From Thermoanaerobaculia bacterium (GTDB lineage Bacteria; Acidobacteriota; Thermoanaerobaculia; UBA5066; Gp7-AA6): 64,000 nt of DNA. The notes under the pieces were generated by a model. The model had not been told where the DNA came from, did not search any database, and saw only the letters and a list, made by a program, of their open reading frames with translations. The stretch spans positions 62,751-126,750 of the forward strand of contig JBBDKM010000096.1 in the NCBI GenBank assembly GCA_040879385.1, read 5' to 3'. The position numbers were made by a program, and so were the translations under genes. Below, one piece after another: positions 38,515 to 46,467 of the stretch. The first letter of the stretch is position 1, and every line of letters starts with the position of its first letter.

Positions 38515-39360
38515 ATGCGCGTTTTCGACTGCCACGTCCACGTCCAACCCTGGGACCAGATGAAGCCGGACGTCCGCGCGCGCATGACCGCCGGCCGAAG
38601 CGACCTGCCCGAGGTCCAGAAGGCGCTGTCCGACCCGGCGGAGCTTCTCCGCCTGATGGACCGGGAGGGGGTCGAGCGGGCCGCGCTGATCAACTACGTC
38701 GCGCCCGAGGTCATGGGCTTCGATCCCTCGGCCAACGCCTGGGTCGCGCGCTACGTGCGCGGGCACGAGGACCGGCTGGCGGCCGTCGGCTCGGTGAACC
38801 CCCGGCACACGCGCGATGCGGGTAGTGAGACCCGGCGGCTCTTCGAGGAGCTCGGGGTCCGCATGCTGAAGATCCACCCGCCGCATCAGCTCTTCGCCGC
38901 CAACGCGTATCTCTCGGGCGAGGACGGCCTGCGCGAGGTCTACACGGCGGCGCAGGAGCTCGGCCGGCCCGTCATGATCCACACCGGCACGTCGATCTTT
39001 CCGGGAGCGCGCAACCGTTTCGCCGATCCCATGGCGGTCGACGACGTCGCCGTCGATTTTCCGGATCTGAGGATCATCCTCGCGCACGCCGGCCGGCCGC
39101 TCTACATGGAGACGGCCGTCTTCCTCGTCCGGAGGCACCCGAACGTTCACCTGGACCTCTCGGGCATCCCGCCGAAGAAGCTGCTCGAGTATCTGCCGCG
39201 CCTCGAGGAGCTTGCCCCGCGCTGCCTCTGGGGCACGGACTACCCGAGCCCGGGCGTGTTCTCGATGCGGAGGAACGTGGAGGACTTCCTGGGTCTCCCG
39301 ATCTCCGAGGCGGCCAAGCAGCAGATTCTCTGGGACAACGCGGATGCGCTGATTCGGTAG
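38515..39360 (+). CDS. amidohydrolase-2 (PF04909-type TIM-barrel metal-dependent hydrolase)
   Basis: 281 aa with an N-terminal FDCHVH metal motif, a later HTG, and a ILAHAGRP block. Confidence 0.8.
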   Translation: MRVFDCHVHVQPWDQMKPDVRARMTAGRSDLPEVQKALSDPAELLRLMDREGVERAALINYVAPEVMGFDPSANAWVARYVRGHEDRLAAVGSVNPRHTRDAGSETRRLFEELGVRMLKIHPPHQLFAANAYLSGEDGLREVYTAAQELGRPVMIHTGTSIFPGARNRFADPMAVDDVAVDFPDLRIILAHAGRPLYMETAVFLVRRHPNVHLDLSGIPPKKLLEYLPRLEELAPRCLWGTDYPSPGVFSMRRNVEDFLGLPISEAAKQQILWDNADALIR

Positions 39361-39383
39361 GGTCGCGAGCTACGACGGGTCCA

Positions 39384-39389
39384 TATAAT
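39384..39389 (+). promoter_or_regulatory. -10 box TATAAT, 6 nt before the ATG of the hydroxyacyl-CoA dehydrogenase (leaderless)
   Basis: TATAAT-cccgac-ATG(39396). Confidence 0.5.
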
Positions 39390-39395
39390 CCCGAC

Positions 39396-40301
39396 ATGGC
39401 GCAGGGGAAGATTCTCGTCATCGGCGCCGGAACGATGGGCCGCGGGATCGCCGGCCTCTGCGCGCTCTCCGGCCACGAGACCTGGGTCTTCGACGCCGAC
39501 CCCGACGCCCAGCGCGCGGTGCGCGGCCACGTGGAGACGTCCTGGGGACGCGCGATCGACAAGGGAAAGCTCTCGACCGAGGCTGCGGAGAAGGCGCGCC
39601 ACCGCCTCCGCATCGCCCAGAGATTGAAGGACGCCGCCGACGCGGATTTCGCCATCGAGGCCGTGCCGGAGTCGATCGACCTGAAGCAGATGGTCTTCTC
39701 GGAGCTCGACGACCTCTGCCCTTCCCGCACGATCCTCGCCTCGAACACCTCCTCGCTGTCGATCACCCGGATCGCGCACGCGACGGGCCGCCGCGACCGC
39801 GTCATCGGCATCCACTTCTTCAATCCCGTGGCGGCGATGCCCCTCGTGGAGATCGTGCGCGGCAAGAACACCTCGCCGGAGACGGAGGGACGGACGCTCG
39901 AGCTCGTCCACGGCCTTGGCAAGGAGGCGGTGCGCGTCTTCGATTCGCCGGGTTTCGCGACCTCGCGCCTGGGCGTGGCGCTGGGGCTCGAGGCGATGCG
40001 GATGATCGAAGAGGGCGTGGCCGGCGCCGCCGACATCGACCGGGCGATGGAGCTCGGCTACGGGCACCGGATGGGGCCGCTGAAGACGACCGACCTCGTC
40101 GGCCTCGACGTGCGCCTGGCGATCGCCGAGACCCTCGCCGCGGAACTGCCGTCCGAGCGGTTCACGCCGCCCGAGATCCTCCGGACGCTCGTCGCGGAGG
40201 GCCGCACCGGCCGAAAGTCCGGCGAAGGCTTCTACCTTTGGGACGGCGAGAAGGCGGCCGGCGAGGGAGAGCGCGCCGCGGCGCTGGCGCGGAAGCGATG
40301 A
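39396..40301 (+). CDS. hbd: 3-hydroxybutyryl-CoA / 3-hydroxyacyl-CoA dehydrogenase
   Basis: VIGAGTMGRGIA Rossmann motif, SNTSSLSIT, FFNPV and PGF..SR motifs. Confidence 0.9.
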   Translation: MAQGKILVIGAGTMGRGIAGLCALSGHETWVFDADPDAQRAVRGHVETSWGRAIDKGKLSTEAAEKARHRLRIAQRLKDAADADFAIEAVPESIDLKQMVFSELDDLCPSRTILASNTSSLSITRIAHATGRRDRVIGIHFFNPVAAMPLVEIVRGKNTSPETEGRTLELVHGLGKEAVRVFDSPGFATSRLGVALGLEAMRMIEEGVAGAADIDRAMELGYGHRMGPLKTTDLVGLDVRLAIAETLAAELPSERFTPPEILRTLVAEGRTGRKSGEGFYLWDGEKAAGEGERAAALARKR

Positions 40302-40819
40302 ACGTGACCGATCGGCGGGGCCTGAACGTCGGCATCGTCCTCCTGGCGATCGGTCTCTACTTTCTCCTCGGGCGCCAGCTCCACTTCCGGGGCCCCGGCC
40401 CGATCCTCCTGCTGATCGGAACGGTTCTGCTGGCGATCTCGGCGATGCGCGGGTTCCGCGGGCCGATCGTGCCGGCGGGAGTCCTGATCGGCCTCGGAGC
40501 GGGGTTTCTCCTGCGCGATCCGCTCGCGCCCTGGATGCCTTCCTGGGCGACGCTGCTCTTCTTCCTGGGCACGGGTCTGCTCCTGGCCGCGGGCATCGAC
40601 CGGTTCGCCGCCCGCCAGAGGCGGCCGACCCCGGTGGTGCCCGGGACAATCCTCGTCGCCATCGCGCTCGTCGCGGCTCTCTCGCAGAACCTGTCGATCC
40701 CGGAGACCCTCTACGATGCCGCCTGGCGCCTGTGGCCCTGGGCGTTGCTCGTGGCCGGCGCGATCCTGGTGGTCCAGGCCGTCAGGGCGCGGACCCGACC
40801 ACCGACCCGACCACCGTAG
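40298..40819 (+). CDS. hypothetical membrane protein
   Basis: ATGA overlap with hbd. It has about 5 TM helices and ends in a tandem TRPPTRPP encoded by a 12-nt duplication. Confidence 0.65.
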   Translation: MNVTDRRGLNVGIVLLAIGLYFLLGRQLHFRGPGPILLLIGTVLLAISAMRGFRGPIVPAGVLIGLGAGFLLRDPLAPWMPSWATLLFFLGTGLLLAAGIDRFAARQRRPTPVVPGTILVAIALVAALSQNLSIPETLYDAAWRLWPWALLVAGAILVVQAVRARTRPPTRPP

Positions 40820-40824
40820 GCAAA

Positions 40825-40892
40825 CCCCCAGCAGTAGGGAACGCCGGGCGCAGCACGGCGGTAACCAGGCCCCCAGCAGTAGGGAACGCCGG
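40825..40892. repeat. two direct copies of a 23-nt repeat CCCCCAGCAGTAGGGAACGCCGG
   Basis: The copies lie at 40825-40847 and 40870-40892. The second forms the hairpin GGGAACGCCGG-tact-CCGGCGTTaCCC. They sit in a convergent gene junction. Confidence 0.85.
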
Positions 40893-40934
40893 TACTCCGG
40901 CGTTACCCAGAGCTCCTAGCAGGGTCCGACGGCG

Positions 40935-41501
40935 CTACCCGAGATTCAGAACTTTCGGCACCGGCGGCCGCGCCGCGGCGGGAGGCGGCGGGGCGGCCCG
41001 GCGCTGCGTCAGGAGCCGCGCGGTCACCAGCAGCATGATCAGGGCGGCGGCGATCTCGACGGAGAAGAGACCCGTCGAGAGACGGTGATAGCGGTCGAGA
41101 AGCGCTCGAGACGGGTCGGCCGCCGGTAGAGTGTCGATCAGGCCGGGGGCTTCCTCGCGAATCCGGTCGATCGGCGGGATCAGAAGCTGGCGGATCACGA
41201 GGGCGGCGAAGAAGCCGGGCACCGGGAGCCGCGTCAGCAAGGACCGGGTCAGCTTCGCCGCGTCGTCTCGCGTCAGCAGCCAGGAGGTCACGAAGAGGAC
41301 GCCGAAGCTCACCTCGGCCATGAGGCACAGCCGCGACAGGATCTGGCTCTGGAGCGCGCCGGCCATGTCCCGGGTGGGCAGGACTCGGAAGACCGCCGGC
41401 GCCACGACGGCGCCGAAGAAGATCGGGGGCGCCAGAGCCAGAGCCAGCGCGCCCAGGTGAAGGCTGAGAACGAGGGCCTGGAGGCGGGAGTCGAGCTTCA
41501 T
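40935..41501 (-). CDS. DUF4149-like membrane protein
   Basis: The start was chosen at MKLDSRLQALVLSLHLGALALA (ATG 41501), 10 nt after the upstream stop. It has four TM helices and a Pro/Ala-rich tail. Confidence 0.7.
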   Translation of the reverse strand: MKLDSRLQALVLSLHLGALALALAPPIFFGAVVAPAVFRVLPTRDMAGALQSQILSRLCLMAEVSFGVLFVTSWLLTRDDAAKLTRSLLTRLPVPGFFAALVIRQLLIPPIDRIREEAPGLIDTLPAADPSRALLDRYHRLSTGLFSVEIAAALIMLLVTARLLTQRRAAPPPPAAARPPVPKVLNLG

Positions 41502-41511
41502 CTCCGGGGAC

Positions 41512-42360
41512 TCAGGGCTCCGGCGCGTACTCCGCCGTGACGCGGGGAACCAGCCCGGCCGCGTGCGCCCGGTCGAGCAACGTCTGAACGGCCTGCCGCC
41601 CCACCTCGCCGTACTGCCGCGTCCAGGAGTTGACGTACATCGAAACGAACCGGTCCGCCTTCTCGCGCGAAAGGCCGCGGGCATACCGCATCGCGTGGTC
41701 CAGGGCGGCGCCCCGGTGCGCCAGGCCGTACTCGATGGAGCGCGAGAGGGCCCGCGAGACGCGGCCGATCCGCTCCGGTCCGAGGTCGCGCCGGACGACG
41801 TTGCCCCCGAGCGGCAGGGGAAGGCCCGTCTCCTCCTTCCACCACCGCCCGAGGTCCACGACTTCCGTCAGCCCCTCGTCGCGAAAGGTGAGCTGGCCTT
41901 CGTGGATGAGGAGGCCGGCTTCGAGCTCGCCCGACTGCACCGCCTCCTGGATCCGGTCGAACGGAAGCGGCCGCGTCTCGACACCCGGCGCCCACAGGCG
42001 CAGCGCGAGCGCGGCCGTCGTCCAGCGGCCGGGGGAGGCGACCGGGATCCGGCCCGCCGCGATCTCCTCGCGCGCGACCGGCTCCCGCGCCACGACGACC
42101 GGCCCGTAGCCGTCGCCGAAGGAGGCGCCGTGCGGGAGCAGCAGGTAGCGATCCGCCAGGTGCGCGTAAGCGTGGAAGGAGACGGCCGTCACGGCGAGCT
42201 CGCCCGCCATCGCGCGGCGGTTCAGGGACTCGATGTCGGAGAGCTCGTGGACGTAGGCGAGCCCTTCGGTGTCGACATGTCCCTCGGCGAGCGCGTAGAA
42301 CATGAACGCGTCGTCGGAGTCGGGGCTGTGCGCGACGGTGATGGTGTCGGAAGAAGTCAC
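41512..42360 (-). CDS. MqnA/MqnD-family (futalosine-pathway menaquinone biosynthesis, periplasmic-binding-protein-like fold) protein
   Basis: 282 aa with a GTG start. The N-terminus is VAHSPDSDDAFMFYAL, and IHEGQLT is present. Confidence 0.75.
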   Translation of the reverse strand: MTSSDTITVAHSPDSDDAFMFYALAEGHVDTEGLAYVHELSDIESLNRRAMAGELAVTAVSFHAYAHLADRYLLLPHGASFGDGYGPVVVAREPVAREEIAAGRIPVASPGRWTTAALALRLWAPGVETRPLPFDRIQEAVQSGELEAGLLIHEGQLTFRDEGLTEVVDLGRWWKEETGLPLPLGGNVVRRDLGPERIGRVSRALSRSIEYGLAHRGAALDHAMRYARGLSREKADRFVSMYVNSWTRQYGEVGRQAVQTLLDRAHAAGLVPRVTAEYAPEP

Positions 42361-42366
42361 GGGCGG

Positions 42367-42372
42367 ATTCTA
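42367..42372 (-). promoter_or_regulatory. -10 box TAGAAT, 6 nt before the MqnA/D-family GTG (leaderless)
   Basis: Minus strand reads TAGAAT-ccgccc-GTG(42360). It is part of a 19-nt block identical to 30791-30809. Confidence 0.5.
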
Positions 42373-42405
42373 CGACCGTCGCGCGAGCCGTGAGCCGTGT
42401 TCGAC

Positions 42406-42434
42406 TTGACTTGCACCCCGCGGATCGGGAGAAT
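42406..42434 (+). promoter_or_regulatory. candidate sigma70 promoter for the micro-ORF transcript
   Basis: TTGACT (42406-42411), a 17-nt spacer, then GAGAAT (42429-42434). Confidence 0.45.
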
Positions 42435-42489
42435 GAAGTCAAGAGAGCTTGCAAGGAAATCTTCTTGTATCCAACCGAGAGATACTTCT

Positions 42490-42597
42490 AAAATGAAATC
42501 GCCGGATGGGTTGCAGCCCACCCGGCGATTTACAGAACGTATGACCCATCAATCATTCGACAGCGACAGACTGAAGGCGATACGCCCTTTCACGGGG
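42490..42597 (-). ncRNA. predicted ~108-nt small RNA, antisense to the micro-ORF leader
   Basis: Bounded by a minus-strand promoter (TTGACA-N17-TAGTTT, 42632-42604) and a minus-strand intrinsic terminator (a hairpin of about 15 bp at 42531-42496, followed by AUUUCAUUUU). A 5' hairpin CGCCC/GGGCG is also present. Confidence 0.5.
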
Positions 42598-42603
42598 GCG
42601 GAA

Positions 42604-42632
42604 AAACTAGCATCTCGCCCGAGGGCTGTCAA
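42604..42632 (-). promoter_or_regulatory. near-consensus sigma70 promoter on the minus strand
   Basis: TTGACA (42632-42627), an exact 17-nt spacer, then TAGTTT (42609-42604). Confidence 0.55.
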
Positions 42633-42658
42633 TCGGCTGTCGGGAGGGAGGTGACGTA

Positions 42659-42718
42659 ATGGCTACGAAGAAGAAGGCCGCGAAGAAAGCGAAGAAAGCG
42701 ACCAAGAAGAAGAAGTAA
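42659..42718 (+). CDS. 19-aa lysine-rich micro-protein MATKKKAAKKAKKATKKKK
   Basis: GGGAGGGAGGTGA lies 5 nt upstream of the ATG. A TAA stop is followed about 33 nt later by a strong terminator. The ORF is too short for the ORF track. Confidence 0.5.
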   Translation: MATKKKAAKKAKKATKKKK

Positions 42719-42751
42719 GTCAAACACTTACAGCTTCGGACACGGTTTCTC

Positions 42752-42777
42752 GGGGGCCTGCGGGCCCCCTTTTTTTT
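42752..42777 (+). terminator. rho-independent terminator
   Basis: GGGGGCC-tgcg-GGCCCCC stem followed by T x8. Confidence 0.85.
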
Positions 42778-42828
42778 GCCTTGACTTTGCGGTCCGGAGG
42801 ACAGGCCGCGTCCCCGACGCGACCTCGG

Positions 42829-42848
42829 CTATATCTGCATTGATATAG
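42829..42848. promoter_or_regulatory. inverted repeat CTATATC-N6-GATATAG overlapping the padR -10 (candidate autoregulatory operator)
   Basis: Perfect 7-bp arms, ending 7 nt before the padR ATG. Confidence 0.45.
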
Positions 42849-42849
42849 T
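42844..42849 (+). promoter_or_regulatory. -10 box TATAGT, 6 nt before the padR ATG (leaderless)
   Basis: TATAGT-tgtccc-ATG(42856). Confidence 0.5.
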
Positions 42850-42855
42850 TGTCCC

Positions 42856-43395
42856 ATGTCGCTCCCGCACGTCCTCCTCGGCCTCCTCCACGAGATCCCC
42901 CGCAGCGGATACGACCTCGCGCGGGCGATGCGCGAGGAGCTCGACCCCGCCTGGAACGCCGGCTTCTCCCAGATCTACCCCGCCCTGGCGGGGCTGCGCC
43001 GCCGGGGCTGGGTCGCGCTCCGGGTCCTCGGGCCCCTGCGGGGACCCCGGCGCCACCTGTACCGGTTGACCGCCGCCGGGCGCCGGGAGCTGCGCCGCTG
43101 GCTCGGGGAAATCCCTCCGCCGCCCCGCCACAACGACGAGGGGCTCGCCCGCCTCGCCTTCCTCGACGCCCTGCCGATCCCGGAACGGCGCAAGGCCCTC
43201 CTCGCCGCCGACGCGGCGCTCTCGACCGAGATCGCGCGCCTGCGGGCGCTCTCGCCCGCCGGCGGATTCCGGAGCCTCGCCCGCCGGGCGGCGATCGAGG
43301 AGCGCGAGGCCCTGCGCCGCTTTCTCCGCGCGGGCGGCGCCGCGGCTCCACCCTCCGAAACGGGGCCTCGACGCGAGGCGAGAAAGAAGCGCTGA
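42856..43395 (+). CDS. PadR family transcriptional regulator
   Basis: The N-terminal winged helix (LLGLLHEIPRSGYDLARAM...QIYPALAGLRRRGWV...YRLTAAGRREL) is typical of PadR. Confidence 0.88.
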   Translation: MSLPHVLLGLLHEIPRSGYDLARAMREELDPAWNAGFSQIYPALAGLRRRGWVALRVLGPLRGPRRHLYRLTAAGRRELRRWLGEIPPPPRHNDEGLARLAFLDALPIPERRKALLAADAALSTEIARLRALSPAGGFRSLARRAAIEEREALRRFLRAGGAAAPPSETGPRREARKKR

Positions 43396-43466
43396 GGGCG
43401 GCCGGTGGTTCGAACCCGACGCCCCGACGGCCGTATGATCTCCTTGTCCGGACGAGGGGAGGTCTC

Positions 43467-44177
43467 ATGAAAGACGGATCGAAGGGCGGCTTCACGCGTC
43501 GCGATCTCGTCCGCGGGAGTCTGGTCGGCGCCGTCGGGGCCGCGGTCGGCGTCAAGGCTCCCGAGGCCGGCCCTTCCCGGATCGGCCCCGGTCCCGCGCC
43601 GCTCGAGCTGACGGTCAACGGCGCCGTTCACCGACTCTCCGTCGAGCCGCGGGTCACGCTGGCCGACGCCCTCCGCGAGACGATCGGGCTGACGGGGACG
43701 AAGGTCGTCTGCGGGAGAGGAGCCTGCGGCGCCTGCACCGTCCTCCTGGACGGCGAGACGGTCTGCTCCTGTCTCCTGCTGGCCCACGAGGCGGCCGGCA
43801 GGCCCATCACGACGATCGAAGGGCTCGCTGCGGGCGGACGGCTGACTCCTCTCCAGGAGGCGTTCATCGCGGCTGATGCGCTCCAGTGCGGTTTCTGCAC
43901 GTCCGGGATGGTTCTCTCCTGTCAGCGGCTGCTCGCGCGCAACCCGAAACCGACGCGGGGCGAGATCCGCGAAGCCGTGTCCGGCAATCTCTGCCGCTGC
44001 GGCACGTACAACCACGTCTTCGAGGCCGTCGAGCGCGCCGCCGGGATGAAGAAGGCCGACGCCGGCACTCCCGCCGATCTGTTCGCGTCCCGATTCCCGG
44101 CTCCGGACTCCCGACTCACCGACGATCCCCGCGTCGCGATGGCCACCCGCGAGGCCATGGACGCGGAGGAGGTCTGA
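43467..44177 (+). CDS. Tat-exported [2Fe-2S] subunit of a xanthine-dehydrogenase-family oxidoreductase (PaoA-like)
   Basis: Twin-arginine signal FTRRDLVRGSLVGAVGAA. Cys clusters CGRGACGACTV and CGFCTSG...CRCGTY are present. Confidence 0.9.
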   Translation: MKDGSKGGFTRRDLVRGSLVGAVGAAVGVKAPEAGPSRIGPGPAPLELTVNGAVHRLSVEPRVTLADALRETIGLTGTKVVCGRGACGACTVLLDGETVCSCLLLAHEAAGRPITTIEGLAAGGRLTPLQEAFIAADALQCGFCTSGMVLSCQRLLARNPKPTRGEIREAVSGNLCRCGTYNHVFEAVERAAGMKKADAGTPADLFASRFPAPDSRLTDDPRVAMATREAMDAEEV

Positions 44178-44178
44178 G

Positions 44179-46467
44179 ATGGCCGACAAGCTAAGACTCG
44201 GTTTCAACGGCAAGTACCAGGTCAAGGACGTCGCCATCGCGCTCGGCGATCCGGCGCCGTGGGACCCCTCGACGAAGTTCTCGGTCGTCGGCTCGCGAGT
44301 GCCGCGCCTGGACGGTCCGGCCAAGACGACCGGGGCGGCCCGATACGCGATCGACGTGCGCCTGCCGGGCCTCCTCTACGGGAGAATCCTCCGCAGCCCC
44401 CTGGCGGCCGCCACGGTGAAGTCGATCGATCTCTCGGCGGCGAAGGCGCTCCCTGGCGTGCGCGCCGCCCTGGCGCTGGCCGAGCCCGGCGAGAAGATCC
44501 GTTTCGCCGGCCAGGAAGTCGCCGCCGTCGCCGCGGACACGCCCGAGCGAGCCGAAGACGCGCTCGCGGCGATCCGCGTGGCCTACGACCCGCTGCCCTT
44601 CGTCGTGACCATCGAGGACGCCGGCCGCCCCGGGGCGCCCCTGGTCTTCGAAGGCCAGGCCACGACCCGCAGCTCCGCCGGCGACATGCCGTCCGGCCGC
44701 AAGGCGCTGCCCCGCGAAGGAAACGTCCTGGGACCTCGGCTCACCAGCAAGGGCAACGTCGGGGAAGGCTTCCGCAAGGCCGACGCCGTCGTTGAAGGGA
44801 CCTACGTCACGCAGGTCCAGACGCACAACGCGCTGGAGACGCACGGCCTCGTCGCGCGCTTCGACGGCGACGAGCTGACCGTCTGGGCGTCGACCCAGGG
44901 CATCTTCTCGGTCCGCGACGAGCTGGCCGAGGCGATGAAGATCCCGGCGTCCAAGGTGAAGGTGATCACGGAGTACATGGGAGGCGGCTTCGGCGCAAAG
45001 TTCGGCGCGAGGATCGAGGGCGTCACGGCGGCTCGGCTCGCCCGGGAAGCCGGCGCCCCCGTCAAGCTGTTCCTCGACCGCAAGGAGGAGCAGCTCGCGG
45101 CCGGCAACCGCCCGTCCTCGGTCCAGTGGATCAAGGCGGGCGCCACGAAGGACGGGAAGCTCACGGCCCTGCACCTGATCGTGCGCGGGACCGGCGGCAC
45201 CAACGGCGGCACGGGAACATCGGGGCCGATCAAGAACATCTACGCCTGCGACAACCTGCAGGTGGAGGAGTTCGACGTCTTCACCAACGCCGGCCCCTCC
45301 GCCGCCATGCGCGCGCCCGGGCATCCCCAGGGCTCCTTCGCCCTGGAGGCCACGCTGGACGAGCTCGCGCGCGAGCTCGGCATGGATCCCCTCGAGCTGC
45401 GGATGAAGAACGACCCGTCGGAGGTCCGGCGCGAGGAGTTCCGGATCGGGGCCGAGAAGATCGGCTGGCAGACCCGCGACAGCCGGCGGGCGACGAAAGA
45501 CCCGGCCGTGCGCCGCGGCGTCGGCGTCGGGGCCGCCGTCTGGTACAACACGGGGGACACAGGGCCGCGGGCCACGGTCACGATCCACCGCGACGGGTCC
45601 GCGGGGGTCGAGCATGGCCTCCAGGACCTCGGCACGGGCTCGCGCACGATGGTCGCGATCGTCGCGGCCGAAGAGCTCGGGCTCCCGCTCGAGAAAGTTT
45701 CGGTCCACATCGGCGACACGCGGATGCCGTTCGGGCCCGCCTCCGGCGGCTCGACCACGACGCCGTCGAGCGCGCCCACGATCCGGCGCGCCGCGTGGCA
45801 GGCCAAGCGCAAGCTGGCCGAGGCCGTGGCCCGGCAGTGGAAGGTCCCGGCGGAGTCGGTCGTCATCGCCGGCGGTACCGTCTCGGCTCCCGGCGACCCG
45901 GCCCGCAAGGTCTCCTGGCCGGAGGCGTGCCGGCTTCTTCCCGACGAGGGCGTCGCGGCCACGGCCGACCGCGCCGAGAACCACGAGGACGCCTGGAAGC
46001 GCTTCACCGGAGGCGCCCAGTTCGCACAGGTCGAGGTCGATACCGAGACCGGGAAGGTCCGCGTCGAGCGCGTCGTCGCCGTCCACGACTGCGGCATCGT
46101 GCTGAACGCCCTGGCCACGGAGAGCCAGATCCAGGGCGGCGTGATCCAGGGCCTCTCGTACGCCCTCTTCGAGAATCGGATCCTGGACCGGCAGACGGGC
46201 CGGATGGTCAACCCCAACACGGAGCAATACAAGATGGCCGGATCCCTCGACGTCCCCGAGATCGAGGTCATCCTCGTCCCCGTCTGGGATGGGGTCAACA
46301 ACACGCACTCGGTGGGAATCGGCGAACCGGCGGTCGTGCCGACCGCCGCCGCCATCGCCAACGCCGTGTCGCACGCCGTGGGTGCCCGGATCCGCCAGCT
46401 TCCGATCACGCCCGAGGTGGTGCTCGCCGCCGTGGACGAGGCCCGCGCGAAGGGAGGCCGGACATGA
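44179..46467 (+). CDS. molybdopterin-binding large subunit of a xanthine-dehydrogenase-family oxidoreductase (PaoC-like)
   Basis: 762 aa with the aldehyde oxidase/xanthine dehydrogenase a/b-hammerhead and MoCo-binding pattern (GGGFGAK, AMRAPG, GIGEPA). Confidence 0.92.
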   Translation: MADKLRLGFNGKYQVKDVAIALGDPAPWDPSTKFSVVGSRVPRLDGPAKTTGAARYAIDVRLPGLLYGRILRSPLAAATVKSIDLSAAKALPGVRAALALAEPGEKIRFAGQEVAAVAADTPERAEDALAAIRVAYDPLPFVVTIEDAGRPGAPLVFEGQATTRSSAGDMPSGRKALPREGNVLGPRLTSKGNVGEGFRKADAVVEGTYVTQVQTHNALETHGLVARFDGDELTVWASTQGIFSVRDELAEAMKIPASKVKVITEYMGGGFGAKFGARIEGVTAARLAREAGAPVKLFLDRKEEQLAAGNRPSSVQWIKAGATKDGKLTALHLIVRGTGGTNGGTGTSGPIKNIYACDNLQVEEFDVFTNAGPSAAMRAPGHPQGSFALEATLDELARELGMDPLELRMKNDPSEVRREEFRIGAEKIGWQTRDSRRATKDPAVRRGVGVGAAVWYNTGDTGPRATVTIHRDGSAGVEHGLQDLGTGSRTMVAIVAAEELGLPLEKVSVHIGDTRMPFGPASGGSTTTPSSAPTIRRAAWQAKRKLAEAVARQWKVPAESVVIAGGTVSAPGDPARKVSWPEACRLLPDEGVAATADRAENHEDAWKRFTGGAQFAQVEVDTETGKVRVERVVAVHDCGIVLNALATESQIQGGVIQGLSYALFENRILDRQTGRMVNPNTEQYKMAGSLDVPEIEVILVPVWDGVNNTHSVGIGEPAVVPTAAAIANAVSHAVGARIRQLPITPEVVLAAVDEARAKGGRT

